From Deltaproteobacteria bacterium ADurb.Bin151 (GTDB lineage Bacteria; Desulfobacterota; Syntrophia; Syntrophales; Smithellaceae), in the NCBI GenBank assembly GCA_002070455.1, contig MWDG01000003.1, forward strand, positions 7,626-71,625: a stretch of 64,000 bases of DNA, given 5' to 3'. This document shows positions 56,418-64,000 of the stretch, in pieces. Position numbers and translations under genes: made by a program. The notes beneath the pieces were generated by a model. That model worked only from the letters and a program-made list of their open reading frames with translations. It was not told the origin of the DNA and did not search any database. The stretch's first letter is position 1, and each line of letters begins with the position of its first letter.

Positions 56418-56548
56418 AGACTGTGTCGCAATGCAGAAAGGTCATTGCGAGACGCCTCTCAGGCGTCGTGGCAATCTCGTGTATTCGGCTACTTAGGAGA
56501 TTGCTTCAGTCGCTGTTGCTCCTTCGCAATGACATTACGACACAGCCT
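56418..56548 (+). repeat. 131-nt nested-palindrome (MITE/REP-like) element, copy 2
   Basis: Differs from 61971..62101 at 3 positions by eye. TIRs AGACTGTGTCGCAATG / CATTACGACACAGCCT. Internal hairpins as in copy 1. Confidence 0.9.
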
Positions 56549-56577
56549 CAAGGGGTAGGAGGTGGTGAGGGTAGTTT

Positions 56578-56765
56578 ATCTGCCAGCGATCAGACAACCA
56601 CCTCCGTCACTTCGTGACACCTCCGCCAGCGGAGGACAAGGCTATTGTCCCCCTTTGGAGGGGGCCAGGGGGAGGTTGTGATCCACTAGCGGAGGACAGG
56701 AAGCGGATCTGTGCCTTTTGCCTTCATCCTCGCTCCTTGAACCTTGGTTCTTGCCCCTTTGTTCT
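56578..56765 (-). repeat. Composite multi-hairpin repeat (short version), inverted copy of 61313..61948
   Basis: The reverse complement reads as follows: a purine-rich leader (AAGGGGCAAGAACCAAGG...AAAAGGCACAGATCCGCTTCCTGTCCTCCGC), then CACAACCTCCCCCTGGCCCCCTCCAAAGGGGGACAA, then TCCTCCGCTGGCGGAGGTGTCACGAAGTGACGGAGGTGGTTG..GATCGCTGGCAGAT. This matches the modules of the right-hand array. Confidence 0.8.
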
Positions 56766-57194
56766 TTAATAATCCAGGTTTTCTGCTTCGAGGCTGCTGA
56801 TCAGAGATGACGCCATTTCATCGGTAATCGATTGGATTGTCTGTTCATACCAGATGTCTTCCAGTCCATGATGTTTGGCAACCCTTTTCAGAAAGTCATT
56901 TTCTTTTACGTGAAAATGCCCATCGGCAAGCGCCAGCCTTATGCCGTCTCTAATGAAGTACTTGGCAACATCAGAATTGGAAAATTTCGGCATTTCAGCG
57001 CTAATCAAATTGTTTTGCAGGGCTTTTGCAATTGTTTTCTCGCAAAAACGCTGCTCAAAGTCCAGCAACTTGCCCACACGCAGCATCATTGCTCTTTCTT
57101 TTTCGTGGATTGTGCCGTCATTGCATACGAGAAGCAACAATCCCTTAAAATAGATACTGCGGTCAGGCAGGGTGATTTTTGTTTTCTTTTTCAT
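56766..57194 (-). CDS. TerB-like (tellurite-resistance TerB/DjlA-N fold) protein
   Basis: Two repeats of the D-G-x-hydrophobic-x-x-x-E pattern (NDGTIHEKERAMM, ADGHFHVKENDFL). The assignment is weak. Confidence 0.4.
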   Translation of the reverse strand: MKKKTKITLPDRSIYFKGLLLLVCNDGTIHEKERAMMLRVGKLLDFEQRFCEKTIAKALQNNLISAEMPKFSNSDVAKYFIRDGIRLALADGHFHVKENDFLKRVAKHHGLEDIWYEQTIQSITDEMASSLISSLEAENLDY

Positions 57195-57308
57195 ATTGGT
57201 TCTCCGGACAACATATCAATAATGTCTATGAAAAAAACAGGTTTCTGTCAAATCGTTTTGCCAGGAAAAACTATCAGCGTTTGATTTCATCGGCGTTTAA
57301 ATTATTTT

Positions 57309-58661
57309 TTATTTGCCGGATGACGATGAAGGTCCTGCGTTTCGAAAATACATGACGACCGGCACAAGGGCAAAAATTGTCAGCATTGCGCCAGCCGCAA
57401 AAATGGCCTGATACCCGAACCTCTGGGTGAAAAGGCCGCCGGCCAGTGCCGCAAAGCCGGAGACCGTTACCTGAAATGCCGCCTGCAGCGTGTAATCGGT
57501 GCCCGGTGATTGTTTACGGCATACATCCATCATCGATGTAAATAATGCTACGGTTGACAAACCATCAGCAAATTGCTCCATGCAGACTACCGCATACAGC
57601 GTGCGGATGTCGTAGACACCGCCCGCGATACACAGGTAACCGATAAAACCCGCCGCCTGCAGGGCTCCAAAGATCAAAAGAGCCTTGCAGTGTCCGAGAC
57701 GAAGCAGAAACAGGCCGCCAAGAAGGGCACCCGCAAGTCCTGCTGTTGCTCCCACAACGCCGGTCAGCAGTCCGATATCCGAGAGAGACAGGCCATGGTC
57801 CAAAAGGAGCGGGCCAATCATCCTTGATGCCAGTGAATCGCCGGCTTTGAATGTCGCGACTGTGAGGAGCCACCACCCCATTCGCTCTCTTGAAAGAAAA
57901 TCTTTAAATAATCCTATATATCCCTGCCAGCCTTGCCATGGAGCATGATTTGGTTCACTTCTTACCAGGGTTTCCGGTTCGCGCATAAACCAGACGGGCA
58001 GTAAAATGGGGATGATGAGAAAAGCAAGGGCTGTATATGACAACTGCCAGCCGAAGCGGGCCACCAGCCACAAAAGCAGGCCGCCTCCGAAGATCATGCC
58101 CACCTTGTAACCGATTACCTGAACGCTGTTGCCGAGACCGCGCATATGTGGCGCTAATCTGCTTACCGCCAGGCCGTCAGTTGCTATGTCTTGTGTTGCA
58201 GCAGTAATGTTCATCAGGAATAGCAAAATCATCAGGAAAGGAAATAATTGTGATACCCAGGGACCGAAATCCCGCGAGGCCAGGAGGATCATCAGGATAA
58301 ACATGATCAGGTTGAGGGTCAGCAGCCACCGGCGGCGTGTCCAGAAACGGTCCAGAAAAGGCGCCCAGAGGAACTTCATCGTCCAGGGAAGCGCAAGCAG
58401 TGCGGTGAATCCGATGGTGGAAAGGGATATGCCCTGTTGCCTTAAAAGAGGTGGCAGGGCCTTCCCCAGCAATCCTGAAGGCAGGCCCTGTGCGAAATAC
58501 AGCATGGCCAGCAGCCCCAGCAGAGGCGCATCCAATATACGGCGTTCAGGATTCACAGATTGACGGTCCAAAAAGAGATTTGAGAGGTCTGCATCACTCC
58601 TCCATGTGATTGAATGCGAAGCACAACATTCGGGTCGCTGGTTTATATGCCATGAAATCAC
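57309..58661 (-). CDS. MFS permease, AmpG (muropeptide/PAT) family-like
   Basis: LYFAQGLPSGL...STIGF..L..LPW..KFLWAP..DR......RRR.WL matches the AmpG N-terminal signature. 12+ TM helices. The true start is probably internal (see the uORF finding). Confidence 0.7.
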   Translation of the reverse strand: MISWHINQRPECCASHSITWRSDADLSNLFLDRQSVNPERRILDAPLLGLLAMLYFAQGLPSGLLGKALPPLLRQQGISLSTIGFTALLALPWTMKFLWAPFLDRFWTRRRWLLTLNLIMFILMILLASRDFGPWVSQLFPFLMILLFLMNITAATQDIATDGLAVSRLAPHMRGLGNSVQVIGYKVGMIFGGGLLLWLVARFGWQLSYTALAFLIIPILLPVWFMREPETLVRSEPNHAPWQGWQGYIGLFKDFLSRERMGWWLLTVATFKAGDSLASRMIGPLLLDHGLSLSDIGLLTGVVGATAGLAGALLGGLFLLRLGHCKALLIFGALQAAGFIGYLCIAGGVYDIRTLYAVVCMEQFADGLSTVALFTSMMDVCRKQSPGTDYTLQAAFQVTVSGFAALAGGLFTQRFGYQAIFAAGAMLTIFALVPVVMYFRNAGPSSSSGK

Positions 58662-59012
58662 TTTTTACAGTATTCAGATCCTCGCTCATGATGTTTTATA
58701 ATCTGATCCACATTGATTTGCAAAAGAATTTTCTGTGTTTCCATGCGAATAATATTTGTACAAAGCCGTTTCTAATATTACACCGGCAATTAAAGATATA
58801 ATCGATTTTTACTGCGCAATCCGAAGTGGTTGTTGTAGGGACTGCTCCCCTGAGCAGTCCGAAGGGATAGTTATAGGGCGTGCTCTTTATGAAATTTTCT
58901 TTTCATTTTTCATGAATTAAAGTAGGTTGCAAACAGATGGATAACGGGGGCGGACATTCTCCATGATCAGCTGTCCAGGCAATTTATATCACTTTTCAGA
59001 CAGAGAAATGAA

Positions 59013-59888
59013 ATGGCAAACAGGTCAAAACATAAAAGGCCTTCATCGAAAGCGGATTGCGGATTAAAAGATCAGGGTACCAGCTCCCAGGTCGCCATTG
59101 TGCAAAAAGATGTGGATCCCCGCCACTGCGGGTTACTTGATGCGGTCAAACGCGGATGGTATCAATTGGATACCGGTGAGCTTTTTACCGGCTTCAGAAT
59201 TACGAAGGATGATGTTGTCTTAGATTTTGGATGCGGTGAAGGGAATGCCGTTTTGTTTTGTGCAAGGCAAGGTGCTCATGTTGTCTTTACGGATGTAGAT
59301 GAGGCAAAGATTAAAGCACTGATTGAGAAAATCAAGAGAACTTCAGCAAGAAAAGTCGAAGGTTTCGTCAGTGACGCCCTGCCGTTGCCCCTGACCGATG
59401 AGTATGCAACCAAAATCCTGGCCACGGAAGTGCTGGAACACACCACCGAACCTGAAAAGATCATGGAGGAACTCGTCAGGGTGGGCAAACCGGGCGCCCG
59501 GTATTTTCTAACGGTGCCTGATTCACGCTCGGAAATGCTGCAGAAGCCTTTTGCAGACCCTGTCTATTTTACCAGGCCGAACCACATTCAGATTTTTGAT
59601 AAAGAGCGTTTTGTCCGATTGGTGGAAAATTCAGGACTAAAAGTGGAAAGATATGAAACATGGGGTTTCTACTGGACCTTCTTTATGTCCTTGTTCTGGC
59701 TGGTGCATCAAAAGGGAGATCTGCAGGGGGCTGTTCTGGATGCTATCAATCCCCCTTATCATCGGGTTTTGCAAAGCTGGTCAAACACCTGGGCCGGATT
59801 AATGGAATTGAAAGGCGCTGAGAAAGTGATGGAATCTTTTGATCAATATTTGCCCAAAACCCAGCTGATTATTGCACAGAAGGAGTAA
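59013..59888 (+). CDS. Class I SAM-dependent methyltransferase
   Basis: Motif I VVLDFGCGEGN, followed by the acidic FTDVD (motif II). Confidence 0.75.
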   Translation: MANRSKHKRPSSKADCGLKDQGTSSQVAIVQKDVDPRHCGLLDAVKRGWYQLDTGELFTGFRITKDDVVLDFGCGEGNAVLFCARQGAHVVFTDVDEAKIKALIEKIKRTSARKVEGFVSDALPLPLTDEYATKILATEVLEHTTEPEKIMEELVRVGKPGARYFLTVPDSRSEMLQKPFADPVYFTRPNHIQIFDKERFVRLVENSGLKVERYETWGFYWTFFMSLFWLVHQKGDLQGAVLDAINPPYHRVLQSWSNTWAGLMELKGAEKVMESFDQYLPKTQLIIAQKE

Positions 59889-59947
59889 ATGCCTATCACC
59901 GCCGGCGGATTTATCCCCGCCTGTTCGTGTTTTGCTAAAGGAAGACC

Positions 59948-61312
59948 TTGAAAGATTTTACAGAAGGCAGCATCGCCAAACAGGTATTTGATTTCACATT
60001 GCCCATCATGCTGGGCAATGTGCTGATGTCCGCCTATGGCATTATCAACCTGATCTGGGTGGGCAGGCTTCTGGGGCATAAGGCCGTTGCCGCCGTGGCC
60101 GCCTCCCTGCCCATCATTATGCTGCTGCCCGCTTTTCTCATTGGTCTGGGGATGGCCACGAATGTCCTGATTGCCCAGGCATTCGGACGAAAAGACAAAG
60201 CCATGCTCAGGAAAATCCTGTCAAACTCATTTTTTTCTTCAATTCTGTTCTGCCTGCTGATTTCCGTTGTTGCCCTGATCTTTCGTCATGAACTGATTGA
60301 ATTGGTGCAGGCGCCGGTGGAAATCCGGGACATGGCGCTGTCTTATCTGACGATTATGATGGCCTCGCTGGTGTTTCATTTTTTCATCAACTGGATGAAC
60401 GGGATGCTGCGGGGATTGGGCGACGCCACAACCGTGGTAAAGATCCTTATTATGCTTGCCGTGTTTAATGTCACGTTCGTTCCACTGTTTATCAAGGGTT
60501 TCGGTCCCCTGCCACCCCTGGGGGTGGCAGGGGCGGCATGGGGCTCAACGCTTGCGGCTGTAGCTAGCGGCATCATCGGGTATTTTTACCTGCTGCGTTT
60601 TAATCCTTATATCAATATGCGCAACTGGGATTACAGCCTGGACTGGCATATTATCCGGGAAGTTTTTGTGATCGGTGTGCCCGCATCACTCCAGATGCTT
60701 GTGGTTTCGCTCGCCGGAGTAATCATCGTATCCCTGGTCAATCGTTATGGTACGGCCGTCACCGCCGCTTTCGGCATTGGTATGCAGGTGGATATGCTGG
60801 CGACGATCCCGTTTATCTCCATCGGGATGGCCTCGACAACGATCGCAGGCCAGAATCTGGGTGCGCGGAATATGGACCGTGTTTACCAGACAACACGGAT
60901 ATCCATTTATGTAGGTCTGGCCATCGCTCTTGTTTGCACTCTTGTGCTGCTGATATTTCCGGAACATATCGGTGCCCTGTTTCTCAAAGAATCCCTGGAA
61001 AAAGCGCAGGTGCTTAGCCTTGTTCGCGACTACTATCAATGGATGGCGTTTATTTTCCCCTGCTTTGCAATAATTTTTGCGATTCAGGGCGTACTCAGGA
61101 GCGCAGGTGACACGATGGCATTGCTTGCCCTGTCATTTATTGCCATGTTTATTATCCGCATTCCGCTGGCATACTTTCTTGCCGGTCCGGTCGGTTTCCG
61201 GCAGGACGGCATCTGGATGGCCATGCTGGCAAGCAGCACACTGGCTGTTTTTCTAAACTGGCTTTATTATAAAAAAGGGTCGTGGAAGAAAAAAAAGCTG
61301 ATGGGGGGATAA
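59948..61312 (+). CDS. MATE-family efflux transporter
   Basis: TTG start follows AAGGAAG. 12-TM protein with N-terminus G.I.KQ...F..P...GN.L. Confidence 0.8.
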   Translation: MKDFTEGSIAKQVFDFTLPIMLGNVLMSAYGIINLIWVGRLLGHKAVAAVAASLPIIMLLPAFLIGLGMATNVLIAQAFGRKDKAMLRKILSNSFFSSILFCLLISVVALIFRHELIELVQAPVEIRDMALSYLTIMMASLVFHFFINWMNGMLRGLGDATTVVKILIMLAVFNVTFVPLFIKGFGPLPPLGVAGAAWGSTLAAVASGIIGYFYLLRFNPYINMRNWDYSLDWHIIREVFVIGVPASLQMLVVSLAGVIIVSLVNRYGTAVTAAFGIGMQVDMLATIPFISIGMASTTIAGQNLGARNMDRVYQTTRISIYVGLAIALVCTLVLLIFPEHIGALFLKESLEKAQVLSLVRDYYQWMAFIFPCFAIIFAIQGVLRSAGDTMALLALSFIAMFIIRIPLAYFLAGPVGFRQDGIWMAMLASSTLAVFLNWLYYKKGSWKKKKLMGG

Positions 61313-61948
61313 GGGACAAGGGAGAAGGATCAAGGTGAAAGGAACAAGGCGCAAGGGAAAAGGAACTGCTCCGTTTCCTGTCCTCCGCAGGCGGAGGTGG
61401 CGTGAAACGCCGGAGGTGGTACTTGTAGGGATTGCTCTCTGAGCAATCCGAAGCGACAAGGACGGCAAATACCTGACAATTACTCGAATCATCCCGTATG
61501 AAGTGACAACCTCCCCCTGACCCCCTCCAGAGGGGGACAACCTTTTATGTCCTCCGCAGGCGGAGGTGGCGTGAAACGCCGGAGGTGGTACTTGTAGGGA
61601 TTGCTCTCTGAGCAATCCGAAGCGACAAGGACGGCAAATACCTGACAATTACTCGAATCATCCCGTATGAAGTGACAACCTCCCCCTGACCCCCTCCAGA
61701 GGGGGACAACCTTTTATGTCCTCCGCAGGCGGAGGTGGCGTGAAACGCCGGAGGTGGTACTTGTAGGGATTGCTCTCTGAGCAATCCGAAGCGACAAGGA
61801 CGGCAAATACCTGACAATTACTCGAATCATCCCGTATGAAGTGACAACCTCCCCCTAACCCCCTCCAGAGGGGGACAACCTTTTATGTCCTCCGCAGGCG
61901 GAGGTGTCACGAAGTGACGGAGGTGGTTGCGCCTGATCGCTGGCAGAT
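61313..61948 (+). repeat. Composite multi-hairpin repeat array (long version) containing a 169-nt x3 tandem repeat (61381..61887)
   Basis: A purine-rich leader is followed by units starting at 61381, 61550 and 61719, with a truncated fourth at 61888. Units 1 and 2 are identical by eye, and unit 3 differs at one base (CCCCCTAACC vs CCCCCTGACC). Confidence 0.95.
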
Positions 61949-61970
61949 CACAACCTCCCCCTGCCCCCTG

Positions 61971-62101
61971 AGACTGTGTCACAATGCAGAATGGTCATTG
62001 CGAGACGCCTCTCAGGCGTCGTGGCAATCTCGTGTATTCGGCTACTTAGGAGATTGCTTCAGTCGCTGTTGCTCCTTCGCAATGACATTACGACACAGTC
62101 T
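61971..62101 (+). repeat. 131-nt nested-palindrome (MITE/REP-like) element, copy 3
   Basis: Near-identical to 56418..56548. TIRs AGACTGTGTCACAATG / CATTACGACACAGTCT. Confidence 0.9.
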
Positions 62102-62128
62102 GCCTCCATGAGGGGGACAAGGAGGGAA

Positions 62129-63448
62129 TTATCGTTTTTTGCGGAAGATCAGTTTAATCGGAACCTTGTCAAACCCGAATTCACTGCGGATGGAATTCAT
62201 CAGGTAGCGCTCATACGAAAAGTGAACGCCTTTGGCGTGGGGGACAAAGAAGATAAAAGTGGGCGGCTTAATGCCCGTCTGCGTCGCGTAGGAGATGCTC
62301 ATGGACCGGTTCTGATAGCGGGCCATCGGATTTTTCCTGACGGATCTCTCCACCAGGTTGTTTAAGGGCGAAGTATCCACCCTTTTCGTGTATTGACTGT
62401 AGACTTCATTGATCAGTTCAAATATTTTGGGTGCGCGCTGCCCGGTCAGGGCGGATATGAAAAGAATGGGCGCGAAATCCATGAACTTGATTTTGTCCTT
62501 GATGTCTTCAACAAACTTTCCGACGGTGGAATTGTCCTTTTCAATTTTGTCCCATTTGTTGACCACGATAATGCAGGCTTTGCCGCGTTCATACGCGAGG
62601 CCTGCAATTTTGGCGTCCTGTTCGGTCATTCCTTCTTCGGCATCAATCATGACCAGCGCAATGTCGCAGCGGTTGATGGTTTTCAGCGCCTGGATGACGC
62701 TGTATTTTTCCAGGGTAAGGCTGATCTTGTTTTTTCTGCGGATACCCGCCGTGTCAATCAGCAGATAATGACGGCCGTGCACCTTGATGGTAGTGTCTAC
62801 GGCATCGCGCGTTGTCCCTGGCGTGGGATTCGCAATGCTTCTTTCCTTCCCGGAAATCAGATTGATGAGCGAGGATTTGCCGACGTTGGGCTTACCGACA
62901 ATCGCCACCGCGATGGTTTCGTCCTGGTCATTTTTAATTTCGGTTGTCGGGGGAAATCCTTCCGTCAGGCGGGCCAGCAGTTCGTCAACACCCAGCCCGT
63001 GCTGGGCGGAAATGGAATAGATCTCGTCAATACCGAGACGGTAAAATTCGGTAAGAAAATCTTCATGACGTGCGCCGTCAACTTTGTTGGCAGCATAGAA
63101 AACATTTTTTCCCCTGCCGCGCAGCTGTCGGGCTATTTCAACGTCCGACGGCGTCAGACCGTCTCTGCCATCCATCAGGAAAATAATGACATCCGCTTCT
63201 TCTATGGCCAGGTTCGTCTGCTCCCGCATCTGTATGAGGATTCGCTCCTCGGTGGTCGGTTCGAATCCGCCTGTGTCAATCAGGGTAAAGGCCCTGTCAT
63301 GCCACGAGCAGTCCATGTAGTTGCGGTCCCGCGTGGCGCCTGGTTCGTCGATAACGATGGCCTTTTGCTTTCCCGCGATGCGGTTGAAAAGCGTTGATTT
63401 GCCCACATTGGGGCGGCCGACAATGGCGATGACGGGTTTTGCCTGCAT
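62129..63448 (-). CDS. der: Ribosome-associated GTPase Der/EngA (tandem GTPase domains + KH-like domain)
   Basis: Two G domains (GRPNVGKST and GKPNVGKSS, each with DTAG/DTGG and NK.D). Confidence 0.9.
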   Translation of the reverse strand: MQAKPVIAIVGRPNVGKSTLFNRIAGKQKAIVIDEPGATRDRNYMDCSWHDRAFTLIDTGGFEPTTEERILIQMREQTNLAIEEADVIIFLMDGRDGLTPSDVEIARQLRGRGKNVFYAANKVDGARHEDFLTEFYRLGIDEIYSISAQHGLGVDELLARLTEGFPPTTEIKNDQDETIAVAIVGKPNVGKSSLINLISGKERSIANPTPGTTRDAVDTTIKVHGRHYLLIDTAGIRRKNKISLTLEKYSVIQALKTINRCDIALVMIDAEEGMTEQDAKIAGLAYERGKACIIVVNKWDKIEKDNSTVGKFVEDIKDKIKFMDFAPILFISALTGQRAPKIFELINEVYSQYTKRVDTSPLNNLVERSVRKNPMARYQNRSMSISYATQTGIKPPTFIFFVPHAKGVHFSYERYLMNSIRSEFGFDKVPIKLIFRKKR

Positions 63449-63455
63449 GCGTCCT

Positions 63456-64000
63456 CTATTTGATTAAGCCGAACTCTTTCAGCATTTTTTCGGAGGTGGT
63501 CCAGTCTTTCCTGACGCGGACGAACAATTCCAAAAAAACCTTTGCGCCGAAAAGATTTTCCATCGCGAGACGTGCCCGGGTCCCGATTTTTTTAAGCATG
63601 GCCCCTTTTTTGCCGATCATGATCGCTTTCTGCGATTCCTTTTCCACGTTAATGGTTGCGCTGATGCGGATCATATTTTTTTCTTCATCTTCCTTGAATG
63701 CGTCAACGGTTACTGCCGATGCGTAAGGGATCTCCTGGTTTGTGAAAATGAGAATTTGTTCCCGGATGAACTCCGCTGCGATGAAACGCTCCGTCGCGTC
63801 AGTTGCAATATCGTCCGGAAAAAGCTGCGGCCCCTCCGGCAGCGCCTCTTTCAGGGAGCCCAGCAAATCCTCCAGACCGTCGCCCTTTAAAGCGCAAATC
63901 GGAAAGATGCCGGCAAAATCATAAAGTTTATTGTATTGATCAATCAGCGGGAGCAAAGAAAGTTTTTCGACACAGTCAATTTTGTTGATCGCCAGAAAGA
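63456..64000 (-). CDS. era: GTPase Era, C-terminal part (5' end outside window)
   Basis: The frame is open to the window edge. It reads ...FLAINKIDCV (G4 NKID) followed by a KH domain (VEKESQKAIMIGKKGAMLKKIG). Confidence 0.85.
   Translation of the reverse strand, partial: FLAINKIDCVEKLSLLPLIDQYNKLYDFAGIFPICALKGDGLEDLLGSLKEALPEGPQLFPDDIATDATERFIAAEFIREQILIFTNQEIPYASAVTVDAFKEDEEKNMIRISATINVEKESQKAIMIGKKGAMLKKIGTRARLAMENLFGAKVFLELFVRVRKDWTTSEKMLKEFGLIK

Noticed and set aside
61253-61817. Two minus-strand ORFs (131 aa and 90 aa) encoding the same peptide sequence.
   Set aside because: They are translations of the tandem repeat itself. They have no SD and low-complexity products. The same applies to ORFs 56370..56617 and 61914..62365, which run through the 131-nt palindromic elements.
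61381-61887. The tandem repeat array could be a CRISPR array.
   Set aside because: The units are 169 nt and directly abutting, with no unique spacers, and no cas genes are in the window. This is a tandem duplication of hairpin modules.
56326-62128. The repeat-bracketed four-gene block could be a composite transposon or genomic island.
   Set aside because: There is no transposase, integrase, recombinase, tRNA-adjacent att site or target-site duplication visible. The repeats look like REP/MITE-type structured elements. It is reported as a structural observation only.

Overview
This 64-kb chromosomal segment carries about 60 genes. Gene content suggests a strictly anaerobic, Desulfobacterota-like bacterium, but that is inference only and no taxon can be named from the sequence.

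Housekeeping blocks:
- hisI-hisG-hisB-X-hisA.
- HIT, yqeY, dnaG, rpoD, tRNA-Met(CAT).
- A COG1579 zinc-ribbon gene, rnhA and the RNase P RNA (rnpB).
- engB.
- era-der on the minus strand at the right edge.

Metabolic and transport genes:
- An iron-containing alcohol dehydrogenase, an SDR and a GTP-dependent PEP carboxykinase.
- A TRAP transporter (dctPQM).
- A tungsten-type aldehyde:ferredoxin oxidoreductase.
- LysE, MATE and AmpG-like exporters/permeases.

Signalling genes:
- A dCache/PAS histidine kinase with an NtrC-type sigma-54 activator.
- A GGDEF cyclase next to a REC-PAS-HD-GYP phosphodiesterase.

The centrepiece is 28.7-45.4 kb. It holds two tandem, paralogous Flx/Hdr-type (flavin oxidoreductase / heterodisulfide reductase-like) electron-bifurcation modules. 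The first contains a 1477-aa HdrL-type HdrA-GltD-HdrA fusion and an MvhD/FlxD homologue with an in-frame UGA. That UGA aligns to a Cys in the second module's copy, so it is a candidate selenocysteine.

Other points worth a second look:
- An orphan ATP-synthase c-subunit gene is co-oriented with an output-less dCache membrane protein behind a good sigma-54 promoter, divergent from the HK/NtrC pair.
- The rpoD C-terminus lacks any recognisable region 4.2.
- Two tiny genes are each driven by consensus TTGACA/TATAAT promoters. One encodes a secreted Pro/Arg/His/Cys-rich peptide with a symmetric Cys pattern.
- Several families of nested-palindrome (REP/MITE-like) repeats fill intergenic regions. 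They include a 169-bp x3 near-perfect tandem array and inverted composite copies that bracket a 4.5-kb four-gene block.

I saw no transposase, integrase, CRISPR array or recognisable defence system. All protein-family calls come from reading motifs by eye, and no database search was possible.
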